DNA of 55,460 nucleotides, the filler included, from Sphacelaria rigidula (lineage: Eukaryota): assembly GCA_964200075.2 (NCBI GenBank). It is 5 parts of 5 records of this genome, joined end to end, with 100 filler letters (N's around TTAATTAATTAA, not from the genome) between each part and the next. Parts side by side here need not be neighbours in the genome. Positions count along the whole stretch, not along the records: positions 11,113 to 22,124 come from CAXNAA020005536.1; positions 22,225 to 33,236 come from CAXNAA020005537.1; 3 more parts are not named here. One strand, 5' to 3'. The first letter of the stretch is position 1. The number at the start of each line of letters is the position of its first letter. Shown piece by piece: positions 11,113 to 22,572 of the stretch. The translations under genes and the position numbers were made by a program. The notes below the pieces were generated by a model. That model saw nothing but the letters and a program-made list of their open reading frames with translations. It searched no databases and was not told the DNA's origin.

Positions 11113-11410
11113 GAAACACCCATGAGGCAGTGTAAAAGTCGTGGCTATCTCTAGAAGTGGCGATCCCAGAAAATGAAGCTGTCATCCAAATGCAAGATAA
11201 TCAGTAGGTTTCGGGCCGAACAATCTTAGCAAGATGTAGCTCATCCTTCATGCGACTCGCCGAACACACCACGGCGCTTCGTGCTTGGTGATCGAGTGCG
11301 AGCCTGGTCCGGCGAAAACCCGGCGTGCTCTGTCCTGGCTTCCCAGGGATGCGAGGTCAATGGTCTGATAACTATGGCATGCATGATCATGAGTACACCC
11401 CCCCCCCTCC
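11113..11410 (+). mobile_element. 3' portion of an interspersed retroelement-like repeat ending ...GATCATGAGTACA(C)n
   Basis: Aligns by eye with 48775-49090. Shorter copies lie at 49170-49250 (+), 7250-7340 (-), 22225-22290 (-) and 44449-44518 (-). Confidence 0.8.
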
Positions 11411-11424
11411 CGTGGTGGCGAGTG

Positions 11425-11426
<2 letters not shown>

Positions 11427-11467
<41 letters not shown>

Positions 11468-11473
11468 TGTGTG
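11427..11473. repeat. (GT)n microsatellite
   Basis: Read directly from the sequence. Confidence 0.95.
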
Positions 11474-11480
11474 TTTTGCC

Positions 11481-11828
11481 ATGCCATCTATCTTAGGCGC
11501 CATTCTTCACCTTTGGGTATATGTGGGCGCACCAGGCGGGGTCACACAGGAAGGAGGCCAACACAAGAGTTTATTTGTTTTTATTTGTTTTAGTTCTCCA
11601 CCTTCCTTCTGCGGTACCTGCCCCCTTTTAAACACAAGAGGGGCTCAGCGTTTCCTTTGCCTTGTCGACCGTAAAGTCGAACTTTGTGTACCCGCGACAT
11701 TGTCGCTCTCCACTGTTGGGGCATTGTGTAAGAAAAATCCCAGATCGTATGACTTCACCGAGATTCCAACCCACAAACCAACAGTCAGAAGGTTTCGAGG
11801 ATACCAACTAAGCCACCGGGGCGACCGG
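11481..11828 (-). mobile_element. tRNA-derived SINE
   Basis: The minus strand begins CCGGTCGCCCCGGTGGCTTAGTTGG (A box) followed by GGGTTGGAATC (B-box-like). A second copy lies at 45886-46132. Confidence 0.78.
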
Positions 11829-11954
11829 CTCACGAGTGGTAGCACAAATTGATCGTTCTCCTGTCAGAACCCTAGCTCCCTGCTCCTCCGTATGTCCACA
11901 ACGAAACACGCATGCCCACCCGCCGCCTACGTCATTACACCATGTTGCGCACAG

Positions 11955-14900
11955 GTCTGATAGTACAGGTTGCCGGGTCTAAAACGTGGATCCTGTACGA
12001 CGAGCTTGTGTCCGCTCCCAGACCAGACCTCAAGTTCAAGCCACCTGCCGCTGATCTTGGCGAACCGATCGCCGTGATGGAGCTGCACCCGGGGGACATG
12101 CTGTACATACCAAGGTGGCGAACGGATACAATGATATGTCCATGCACACAGATGTTTTGCCCTTTTTTATCGTCTCCGACGATAGTAAATGGCTTGCAGC
12201 TCCTTCTTGTTTGTGGTACACTGATGTTATCCTGGGTACCCTCCTCTACAGCGGCATGAAATCCAACGGCATAAAAGCGGTTGATTTCGCAAAGGCACAA
12301 ATTCAGTTTCAAACGTCCGATTCGGCAAAATACGAGTAGAGCATATGCTCACGGTGAAGAAGCAATCGTATACTCGTTCTGTACTGGAGCAGAGGGATGG
12401 AGTGACGTGTCACGGGTGATGTTTTACTACAGGTAAACGAGCAAAAGCCCGTTGTTTTGTGTACGTTTTACTGTATTCCTCCATACCAACCGCGTAATCC
12501 TTGTTTTCCTAGAACACCAAATGTTGTGCACTAGAACCACGAGTGCCGTGTGGCACAGAGCATCACCCGTGACACGTCACTCCATCCCTCTGCTCCAGTA
12601 CAGAACGAGTATACGGACAGGTGTGTCTCGACAAGTCCTTCGTGGCCGATATTCATCTTTGCCATTCGCTAATAAGGAGTGCGAATGCCACTCCGGCGAA
12701 CCGTTCTTTGAAAAGCTTAGTCATGCTGTTTTCGCCGCCCGAAAGCGGAACAAGACCTCATCCATTGAGCACTTTGTAGATATTTTCTCCAAGCAACCGG
12801 ATGGTTTACCCACTACGTCCTCTTTGGCCCTTGAGCTTGCAGCGTGCACCCGCTACGCAGGGCCAACCTCTTACAAATAGGGTATACCCCTGCAGACACC
12901 CTGCACAACATTCCCAGCACATTGGCCCAACTTAACAGACACTACTACCCCTGTAAGAGGTGAGAGGTTGGACCAAAAGATGCGAAAAGTAGTTCCGAGT
13001 ATCCCTACGGACTGTCATGTATTGTAAGCGGAATTGCAGTTGCACGTTGGATTCAAATATATCCGAACGTTGTACAGAATGTAATTTTATGTTGTTTTTG
13101 ATGTGCATGCGTGATTTCAGAACCTTCAATACTTTTCATGGGCCCCACAACGTCCCGAGCAGATCCAACGGCGAGTTACAACTAAAAAGAGATGAATCTA
13201 GAAAAGAATCTGCGTTCACCATTGAAACAAATGTTACACGGATGCAACGGACGTTTTCATTTGTGCGATCCGACCGGATCGCACAAATACAACCGATGTC
13301 TTGCCACGAACACTTTTAAATGACTACCTCGACGCGGTCTCGGGGTCCCCATATCTTACAGTCAACACCCCACCCATGGTGGTTGCTTCCGCGGCCCGGC
13401 ATTGGCTCGCGCCGCTGCCCCCCCCCCCCCCCCGCCGTCGCCGCCGCCGCCGAGCGCCCTCCGAAACCTCGGGCGACTTTCCGACAAGTGAAGAAGCAAT
13501 ATTTCCAAATAATCGTTTTTGCACTTTCTGATCCAACTTTTGACCTTATCCATCCCCCTAAAAAAATCCGTCCCCAATTTGTATAATCCCGTATTAGTGG
13601 GGAGGGAGCGAGTTTGAGGAACCTTAGGAATCCCAGGGACATACTATTCATATTTCGTTCACTTCAGACGTGAAGTAGCACAATTTCCTTACGCAGGAAG
13701 AACACCGAGATCTGTTCTGTGTTCTTCCACTATTTGAGGGCGCAATGATCATCCGGAGGAGGAAAGGTGCTACATAGGACTACGTTAAGCTGTACTTACT
13801 ACTATTCTCGCCTGAAATACCAATGTGTGTATAGTCGCCTTTCGATTGCGACTTGTACTGCCGTGAAGTTATCACTCCAGTTCGGCGTTAGAAGTCGACG
13901 GTTGAACGTGACGTGACGGCTGTACATGCTTTTTTTTTTCGTCAAACTCTGGCGCTAACTCTAACCCAAACCCAAACGGGAGGCAGGCCGAGATTCCTCG
14001 GGCGCTAGTGGTGCGTGAAGTGTGTTTTGTTTCGACTCCGAGCCCTCTCAAGATACAAATGAGCAGACCTACACTGAAATTGAGTATAATTTCAATCATC
14101 AGATTTTGGCGCCGAACTCGCGTAACCCCTGCTAGACCGTGGACTCGTCCCTAGCAAGGGGCGATGACAAGGTATGACTAAATGAAGTGGCCAGACGGGT
14201 GGCACTCTCGTGTGAATCTGGCCTCGTAATTTCGGACCATCTCTGGGTGACGCGCGACGTTGTCCAGATTCGCAACATCCTACAATTCGGTGTAAAATTG
14301 AATAATTTGTTCCAGACCCAACACCATACCACGGCCAATTATTTTGGAAGAGTACGGATTTATTACGATGGTTTCCAAGCGAACTGCGATTTTTACACCG
14401 CGCAGGCGGCGCCCCGGCATGGTTTCTTCTATTCTGGATAATGACTTGGTACAAAGGCAATTTGGTGGAAAATAGCAGTAGCACGCGTACCAAGTCATTA
14501 TCCACACACACACACACACATACACACACCCGTTTCACCGATTTTGGACATCCTCGTGTCATGACTCCCGAGAGCAACCTGAGAGGAGCCCTCCTGGCCT
14601 GTAGGTGAGAAGGGCGGGGCTCCAACCAAACATGAGATTGTTGGACTGCTTCGACTGTACTACCGTATCGTGACACTCATACCCCTGTTGTCAGTCAAGT
14701 ACCATCTTCCCTACAGTTTTTTTCACTTCATCACACAATTTTCCTCCCCGTTTTTACCAGTGCTAAAAATGTGCAGGCCATACCGTTTGATCCCATCACC
14801 GACCACGGGTGTCCATCTGCAGCATCATTTTAAATTGGAAACTGGTTGGAAGACCCTGGTGACCATCCGCGGGCGCCTGACCCTTTGACCGCCCGGGTGT

Positions 14901-17635
14901 GTCATCTGTCGAATTGGCATCATTTCCATTCGAAAAGTAACCACGACCCAGATGACCCACCCTGGCGGTCGAATGGTTCAAAAGTCGAACGTTGCGCAGA
15001 TATTCACGTGAACTGTCCGCACAAACTTCAAGAGCGCGAAATATGTATTACTCCCACGCCCCCGTCGGAATGTAGGGGGTACCCCCACGAAGCAGCCGTG
15101 AACGGAACGGAGAGATCGGGAGGCTCCTCGGGTGTATCCCTCCACGTAACGTTCGGAATCGAGTCGGTTCTCGGCGGCTCATACGAGTCTCTACTGCACC
15201 ACGCCCTTGAAGCCATGGCCAAGGTTCACCCGGAAGCGATTTTCGATCCACCTACCGGAGAGCAGGAGGTAAAGAAGAGACAAAAACACACCGTCTGTCT
15301 TGCTGTTGCGCGCGAGCTGAGGGAGTGGAGTAGGGAGGAGATTACACATTCGAGCTTCACCTCGCCAAGGGCTATTATTCATGGCAGCGGAAATATGGAA
15401 GCATTCTTGCTCACCGTTTATTTTAGTATTACCCCAGAACTTCCGCTTCTCCGCGTTTCTCGGGAATATCGAGCGAACGTACACAATATACTCGTTCCAT
15501 CAGTACCAAAGCCGTGAATTATCATAATCTCACGCGAATATAGATTACTGTAGGATCCGAAACGTCATTTGCGTCGTTCACAGAGTATTTCCGGTGCCCC
15601 AGATCCCCACGATTATGCTACCGTCAGGCATGACCCCAATTGCATAGGCTGAAAGTGAACGTATCAGAATGATTGATCATCGTGCACACTGGCGGGGGGT
15701 TGTTTCTGTTTCTCGTATGCTGAGCGTGGTTATTGATTCAGTATAGGAGAGTCGGGAGGATGATGACCGATATTGGCTGTGTCGCAATGTCTCATATCAA
15801 CGCGAGGGTGATATCTTGCAGCGTCTTCGTACACGTGTTGCTCGCCGTCCCGCCAACACGGTGAAAACAAGATAGCGTGTTCGAAGGGTAGCCCCATGTG
15901 CCTCGTGTCTGCAGGGCACATTCGACCTGGGTATTTGTTTGGGAGTTCGATTTTTGCGAAGTTCTCCGGTGTTGATACGAGTATTGTAGTACTTGGCGTA
16001 GCTGAAAAACTACGTTTAGCGCACAGTGGACGCCGACCAACTTCTGTTGATTTTGCTAACGTTTTTTTCCCTCGCGTTCTACTCTGTGGCGTTATCTCAC
16101 GAGCAGGGTGAAGAAGGAGGGGAAGAGCAGAGTCAGATCCCGAGGTTGCCTTGGCTACAGTTGCTGCACCTCTGTGTGCACGACGTAGCGTCCAGGCATG
16201 ACCGCCTACGCAAGTGAGTACCGTGCGACGGTATTGATGATGGCGATTATGAACATTTCAGCGTGTTTCGTCTCTATGGGCGTACCGAGAGAAGCATGGA
16301 GGCCCGTAGATCCGTCGGCTACGGTGCTGGGATGTATGTGCCCCGTCACATTTTTTGACGGAACGATGCGTCGAGTGGTCGATGACGTCTGTCGCGATTG
16401 ACTGCACCGTTCCATCCTCGGGGCGATGGCGAAGTATGTGCAGTATGCTCGGTCAAAACGCTCAAAGCCTCCTCAACGTGTTATCCTCTTCGCTCGCACG
16501 ATGACTCTCGCATGTTGCGCAGAGCGGTACCCTTGGCGCCGGTATTTCTGTCACCTGTAACGGCCACCACGCCTTCGCCTTGTTCAAGTGGCGTCGATTC
16601 CGCCGCACAAGAAGGGGAGTGTGCACTGAATGACTGCAGGCAGTCAGCACACCGACAAGAGCAACAAGAACAACGACCCACACCCCCAGTCGCAGTGGGC
16701 TTGGAATTCCAAAAAGTTCTGGAGGTATTCGAAGCGGGCGCCGACGCATTGAGCACACTCAAACTGCTCGACTCGCTCCTCAACGCGGGAGAACTGGAAC
16801 GCGTGACCAACATGTTCACTACGGCAACAGGGAGTAAAAACGCTGAGAAACATGTCTACGCTACGGGTGCTACAGATACCAGCGGCGGCAGCAGCAGAGA
16901 GGCACGGTCACGAGGCGCGGCGGTCGAGTGGAATAGGTGAGTATTTCTGGTACTTTCTATTTTCCCGTTCGTGTGTGGTGACCGTCGTGAACGCACTCGT
17001 GTTAGCACTAACGATACGATTTCACTATCCCTACAGTATCGGTGTTTCGTAGCGTGGTCAGGCGCGCAGGGTAGGTCGCTAGTGTGGTGTGTGGCGTTCG
17101 CCGCTTGACGTTTGGTAAAGCCTCCTCCTGTGACCTCAGGCTACTTCGTAGGAGGTACGTGAGACGCGTAGATGGGTACAAGGGGAGACCTTTCTGAGGG
17201 GTGCGGCAGGCGATGAGGCGGATTCCTGTCTTGGTCGTTCACTCGGTTTGATGTCGTGGCGTCCCGACCACCTGAGATGCATCACTGTAAGATGCACTGA
17301 TTTGTTCTGCTGACAACACGCGAAGGTTGGTCTACACGTAAACTACAAGTATATCAAGAGCCTACCGAAAGTATTCAGTTTTCCATTGAAATCCCGTACG
17401 TCGGTTTTGCCTGTAACCTGCAACTCGAAACCGAATAATTATATTCGACAGGAGCGTTTTCGAAGGTTTAGATCGCGGGCTGGTTTCTTCCTCGTTGGCG
17501 GACAAGGTGAAAGATTTCCTTCGAGCGGTGTCTCTCGAGGCTGCAGTGGCGGAGATGGTATCGGCGGAATCGGAACGGCGAAATAGCCGCGCCATTTCAA
17601 CGGAATGGGACTTGGCGAGATGCGGTCAGACTTGA
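11955..17635 (+). CDS. JmjC/cupin-4 oxygenase, NO66/MINA (ribosomal oxygenase)-like; 5'-truncated, 3' exons only
   Basis: Phase-compatible GT-AG exons: 11955-12114 (LIVQVAGSKTW...LHPGDMLYIPR), 15076-15268 (GYPHEA...SLHVTFG), 16107-16213, 16523-16936, an optional 17140-17154, and 17452-17635 (TGA). LxPGDxLYxPRGxxHxA and SLHxT are cupin-4 signatures. The HxD-containing exon is not in this segment. Confidence 0.85.
12373..12609. mobile_element. MITE with ~50-bp near-perfect TIRs and TA flanks (Tc1/mariner, Stowaway-like), intronic
   Basis: TA|CTCGTTCTGTACTGGAGCAGAGGGATGGAGTGACGTGTCACGGGTGATG is matched by its reverse complement ending ...CAGAACGAG|TA. Confidence 0.85.
14881..14976. mobile_element. 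~100 bp piggyBac-like MITE
   Basis: CCCTTTGACCGCCCGGGTGTGTCATCTG pairs with CAGATGACCCACCCTGGCGGTCGAATGG. Flanks are CTGA and TTCA. Confidence 0.6.
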
Positions 17636-17822
17636 GCCATTCTTGAAACCTCCAACGCATGGAGCTCCACTCGTTGATGGTTGAACTAGTGGGAGCAAAA
17701 AGCGATACGAAATTGAACAAACCACCCAGTCGTCTTCGTGGTGAAAAGGGGTTGATCTTCGCTTGACATCGACGGATTGGATCTACCAGAAAACTTGTGT
17801 ACATCACGAGAGGGATGTTCTA

Positions 17823-18212
17823 CGAGCTATCCTGCTCACCACACCGACAGTCTCAACGGTGGACCTGTCGCTCACGATCCCTGTAGCCTTCTTGACGGAC
17901 TTCGTGCTGCACCGCAAGCACCCCAAGGGACTGGCGGTCACCGGAGCTTTACTGGTTGTGGGAGGCTTCATATGCGTTAGCGGTAGAGGGGGGGACACAC
18001 CCACGTCGTCTGGAACAGCAGCGGCTGCAGCAGCTATTGCTAAAACTGTATCTGATGATTGTGGTGAAGATGATGATGGTATTGTTGTTGATACTGCTGA
18101 AAGTCAACAGGGCCAAGAAAACGGCGCTGTGAGTCTTTGTGACAGGAGGGTAAGTGGAGTAACTCTGGTGGACACGCTCGGAAGGAGAAGGCACAGGCAC
18201 GTGCATCAATAG
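17823..18212 (+). pseudogene. SLC35F5-like (DMT/EamA family) transporter C-terminal fragment
   Basis: RAILLTTPTVSTVDLSLTIPVAFLTDFVLH...GALLVVGGFICV matches the last two TM helices of the SLC35F5/THI74 family (LLTxPxxxTVGLSLTIP). There is no good splice acceptor, and the conserved Gly is Asp. Confidence 0.65.
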
Positions 18213-21200
18213 GCGTCTTCATCAGATTCTTGACTTGCGAAAGCGTAATGCTTCTTCATTTTTTTTTCTCAATCTTGTGAGTCGCTGTTGCGAAAAAGAA
18301 ACAGTTTGTGGTTGGAGAGCAGATGGACGTCTCATCCTTGAGTAGCTCGTTTTTGAATCAACGTTTTGGGCAGGAGGGGGTGCTTTGTCAGGTGCATTGC
18401 ATCTAAATAGGGTTATCCCCAGCATCTTGCTCGTGCGCGATGAACACCCGTATCCATCAACAGGCCAGAGTGCACCTTCGCGCTGTCGTTGGTACTGGAG
18501 ACCAGTGTTGCGGTCCTCAGATGTACATACGGTAGTTGTTTTTTACTATGGGGTGTCACGCAAGGCAAGTACGAATTAGTCACATTCGGCAACGCCAGAA
18601 GGGTTCTAATCGCCAACTTGCGTCATAAGCAAGGGGTTTGAGTAAACATTTCTCCCATCACAAGCGAATAGCAGCGCACTGTACCGTAGCAACATGACAC
18701 AGCAGACGCGAGCTCAACTGAGTGACGGGAAGCAGTGCAGCTAACATATCGCACGTACTTGATTGCTCTTGCCCTGCTTCGCGGTACGAGAGGACACGCG
18801 CACTATAACGAATTATTCACAAAGTGTGAGGTTTAACCACACTTTCCCCCTATTTGTTCGATAGCCTTGTGTTTTGAAGTATGAAGGGCTGTAGTGCGCG
18901 TGGAGGAAGAGGGGGGGGGGGGGGGGGGGGGTCGTCTTTGTGTGAAACTAAAACAGTGCTGCAGTGGAAAGGTTTACGAGGTTATTGACAGAAGGAAAGG
19001 GTGGCATGCAGTTTCTGATTGATAACTTGAGCTGTGACTCGATGCGTGGAAAATGTAGATTCTGTTTCATCATTTTGATGTTCAGTTCGTGGAAACGTCG
19101 CGCCGCAGGGCAGTAGGGTGGTATTTCAACCTCAACGAAAGTATGATGATGCTCACGTTTCAGTCAAGTTCATGTATCTCAGAGAAGGCGTATCGCCACG
19201 TGGGTTGTCGTTTGTGCGTTATTCCTCGGCAGCAAGTCTCCAAGTGACTCGCGCTGTGATCGGAGGATTTAACGTTATGCCTTGACAAAAAGTAAAACAT
19301 GTGCCAACCATGGCTAATTTTCGCCGAACGCGGATAAACCCACCTCTGATAGCGGGACACGTGCATGGCATTCGCAGCATCAACACCCGTAGTGTCGTGT
19401 CGCCACAGTACACTGTGTGGATGAAATGAAGTAATAGTATATAGAGCTGACACTCTTACTTGGGAGTGTCGTTGACTTTTCTTGTTGTACCTGTGGGAGT
19501 GACGGGTAAGGTGAAAGCTACTTCGCGTGGAGTGTTTGTTTTATGACTGCCCAATGTAAAGTATGTGATGAGTGGATAACATCGTGATGGTTACCCCAAC
19601 TCCAGATAATGTCGTGTTCTGTATCGCAGATGGAGTGATAATTACGGACTTCATCAAGCACGGTTATGTGTGCTGTGTGCGAATGACGAAGTGGTGTTCC
19701 GTGTTTCCTGCTCTTGTGCTTCTTCGCCGTTTTCCCCTTTCGATTATATGTCACCACTTCAAGAATTTATAGCCGCCACCACATATTGCCTTTATCCCTG
19801 AAGCTTTGATCGCCAAATACTGCAGATGTGGGAGCGTAGGGCGGGATGCGGATATTTGGATGGGGGTATTTGGGGGCATTTCTTCCACGAACGCGGAAAC
19901 AGCTGTTAGACCGCGGTTGTTGCTGCTTGACACCGTTTAAACCCAAATACGAGCGCACCGCGAGTATGTCGGGTCGTCTGACATAACCATCAGCCTTTTT
20001 TCGTGGAATCGAACACCCACCCACCCCTATCGTAGTCCTCCTCGCACTCCCATATTTGTTGTTCAATTTACTCGATTTGCTCCATATTTCAATTTTCCCC
20101 ACTTTCTTCCTTCTTCAGCGAAGGGTTCCGTTTTGTTGAGCTTGGGTACGTCTATACGTCTACCTTGTGGATAATAACCACGGCTGGGTCTCTTCTTCTT
20201 ATCTTCTTATCTTAGCGGGCATCACTTCACGTGCGACAAGGGAATTTCAGTGAGCGACCGAATCTTGTCGACTGTTGGTTGACAAGACGGCGTATATACC
20301 ACAGTACAATATCATCCTCCCATTTCTTCCCCTGGCTTGATCCCGTGGGCCTGAGCGTCCGGCAACCCATGCATACGATTGACGCCAGGCATTTTGCGCT
20401 GCACCGTACGTCGTGCAGTGTTGTGGCAGTTTTGAGCTTGGGATACTGCTGCTATTGAAGGACAACCACAAAAGGGTACAGGTAGCCAGCGCCTCCAGAA
20501 CATGTGGGAGCTGATGCTTGTGTAGGACAGCGATTCACTCTACAAATCCGTGGGTGGTCGTGACAGAAAGGGCGCGCTAACAGAGATTCACATATATGTG
20601 ATCTTTGCCTCCAAGGAAGCGTTCATGTTCAGTCACGAGCGAATTGAGACTTATTACGTGCCCCCGGTGAAATCTCAAGGCCCTCTACGGTATCGCCGTC
20701 GCAAAAACACACGCGAGCGAGACAACACGCACTTACATCATCAAGCGATGAAGTCCACACCACGAACGGAGTAGGATAGGACATCGTGGTCGTGTCTCTC
20801 AGAAAACATTTGACGTAATCAAGGAGCCAATTTCGATTCATTTTGACTTGATCATTGAAGATTGAGAAATGTCGCTCGTCCGCTTTCCATAAGCAAGACT
20901 GCAACCCCAAGCATGAAGGCAAAGTATACGCCGTCCCGTGACAGACACAACCGTGCCAACGACCTACCCCCCTCGCCCCCTGCAATGCACACAGAGCGTA
21001 CGCCTACAACCCCTACAACTCGTCAGCGACCAAGAGGCACCAATAAACGGTTTCATCAGCCTTTGCACTCGTCGTCTGACTTATCCCACCTCGTATTTGC
21101 CAGCAGATGTCCCGTAACACCATCGCTTCCTCGCAGTCCTTCCTCGAAACACGTAGTGCATCTAACCTTAGGCTCCGACTACCGCTGGTCCCACCAAACG

Positions 21201-22572
21201 GGAACAATATCCATTCAAATCCAACAAAAATGGACACCTGCGGGTAGCGACGGATAAACGCGAAATAGAAAAAATAACACTCATCCAAGTTCCCCTTCTG
21301 CAGCGCCCACGATATGTCTAATATTAATCACGCCAGTTCATCAATACGGGGTGTAATTTTGCCAGCGAAATGTTCGACAACATCGTATCGCTTTCCTACA
21401 GCCCTCATTGCATGCTGTCTCACCCCGGCCTGTGTCTGGCGTGGCTTCTTTCGGTACATCGCAGTCTCCTCAGAGCGAAGGAACAGTGAATCCTATCAAA
21501 CATTCCGACAGTATTCCTGGTAACAACTAGAAATAAACTTTTACGTATGTCACTAATATTTTCTCCTGCCAATGTTCCTATCGTACTCGCAAACTCAAAA
21601 CAAACGCTCTGTTACTGATTTTTTTTCACCGTCATGTGGGCGTTCGTGACGTGGCTCTCGTGCCCTCTATTGTAATCGATGGGACTATCCCGATCCCCGA
21701 TCCCTCCTTATGCCCACCCCACTCCTCACCACACAGGTACCAGACTTCGTGGGCTCAAAACGTGGGCTAGCCTGCCATGAACCCCCATCAAGAGTATTTA
21801 TGCATTTGCCGTATCTCATGGTGAAGTACTGCCGCAACCAGCGCGAACTTGAATTTGAAAACACAGACACATTAGCGTAGCGCAGCACCTGAGTTTCTTG
21901 AAAAAAGAGAGTGCAGCTGACTGTAACGTATTCAGGACTGACTACTCCGAGGGCATCCCACCCACCACACCTGTTCAAGTGACTCGAGGGATTGGCAAAG
22001 GAATGATTACTGCCTGCCTCCGCGTTGATAATGCAAAGCTACGCATCCCCGAGTTTCGCTCCTATTCTTTCGGGGGGGAGGGGGGGGGGGGTACTTATTT
22101 GTTTCTTGCCGTCGTCGTTTGGCCNNNNNNNNNNNNNNNNNNNNNNNNNNNNNNNNNNNNNNNNNNNNTTAATTAATTAANNNNNNNNNNNNNNNNNNNN
22201 NNNNNNNNNNNNNNNNNNNNNNNNTACTTTATTTTCTGGTATTACCACTTCCAGAGACAGCCACAGCTTTTACACTGCCTCATGGTTGTCTAACCAATGG
22301 GATCGTTGGTAAAGGATAAAACACATATATGCGCCTCTCTACGTTTGAGCATGCGGATGTTTTTGTCAAGTCCACGTGGTTGTCGATAGCTTGCTGCACT
22401 GTGCCGTACCATATTGCTATGGTTACTTTCGACAGACCTGGGTCCAACATGCCTGCACTCGTTGTCTTCGTACGTCAAGTACACCCCCTGTTACCCATAG
22501 CTCCTTGTTCCCTTAGACACGTGAAGCAACATGTAACTCAGCCGTCTTGTCGTCTTGGCAATAACTCGACAG

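Noticed and set aside
11290..11336. Hammerhead ribozyme in the C-tailed repeat
   Set aside because: CGAG...CGAAA is present, but both copies lack the CUGANGA core and the segment folds better as a simple hairpin.
11760..11828. tRNA gene
   Set aside because: There are A/B boxes but no complete cloverleaf, and the sequence continues into a SINE body shared with 45886-46132.
13955..13977. Telomere or interstitial telomeric repeat (also about 43076-43095)
   Set aside because: Only 3-4 degenerate CCCTAA-like units.
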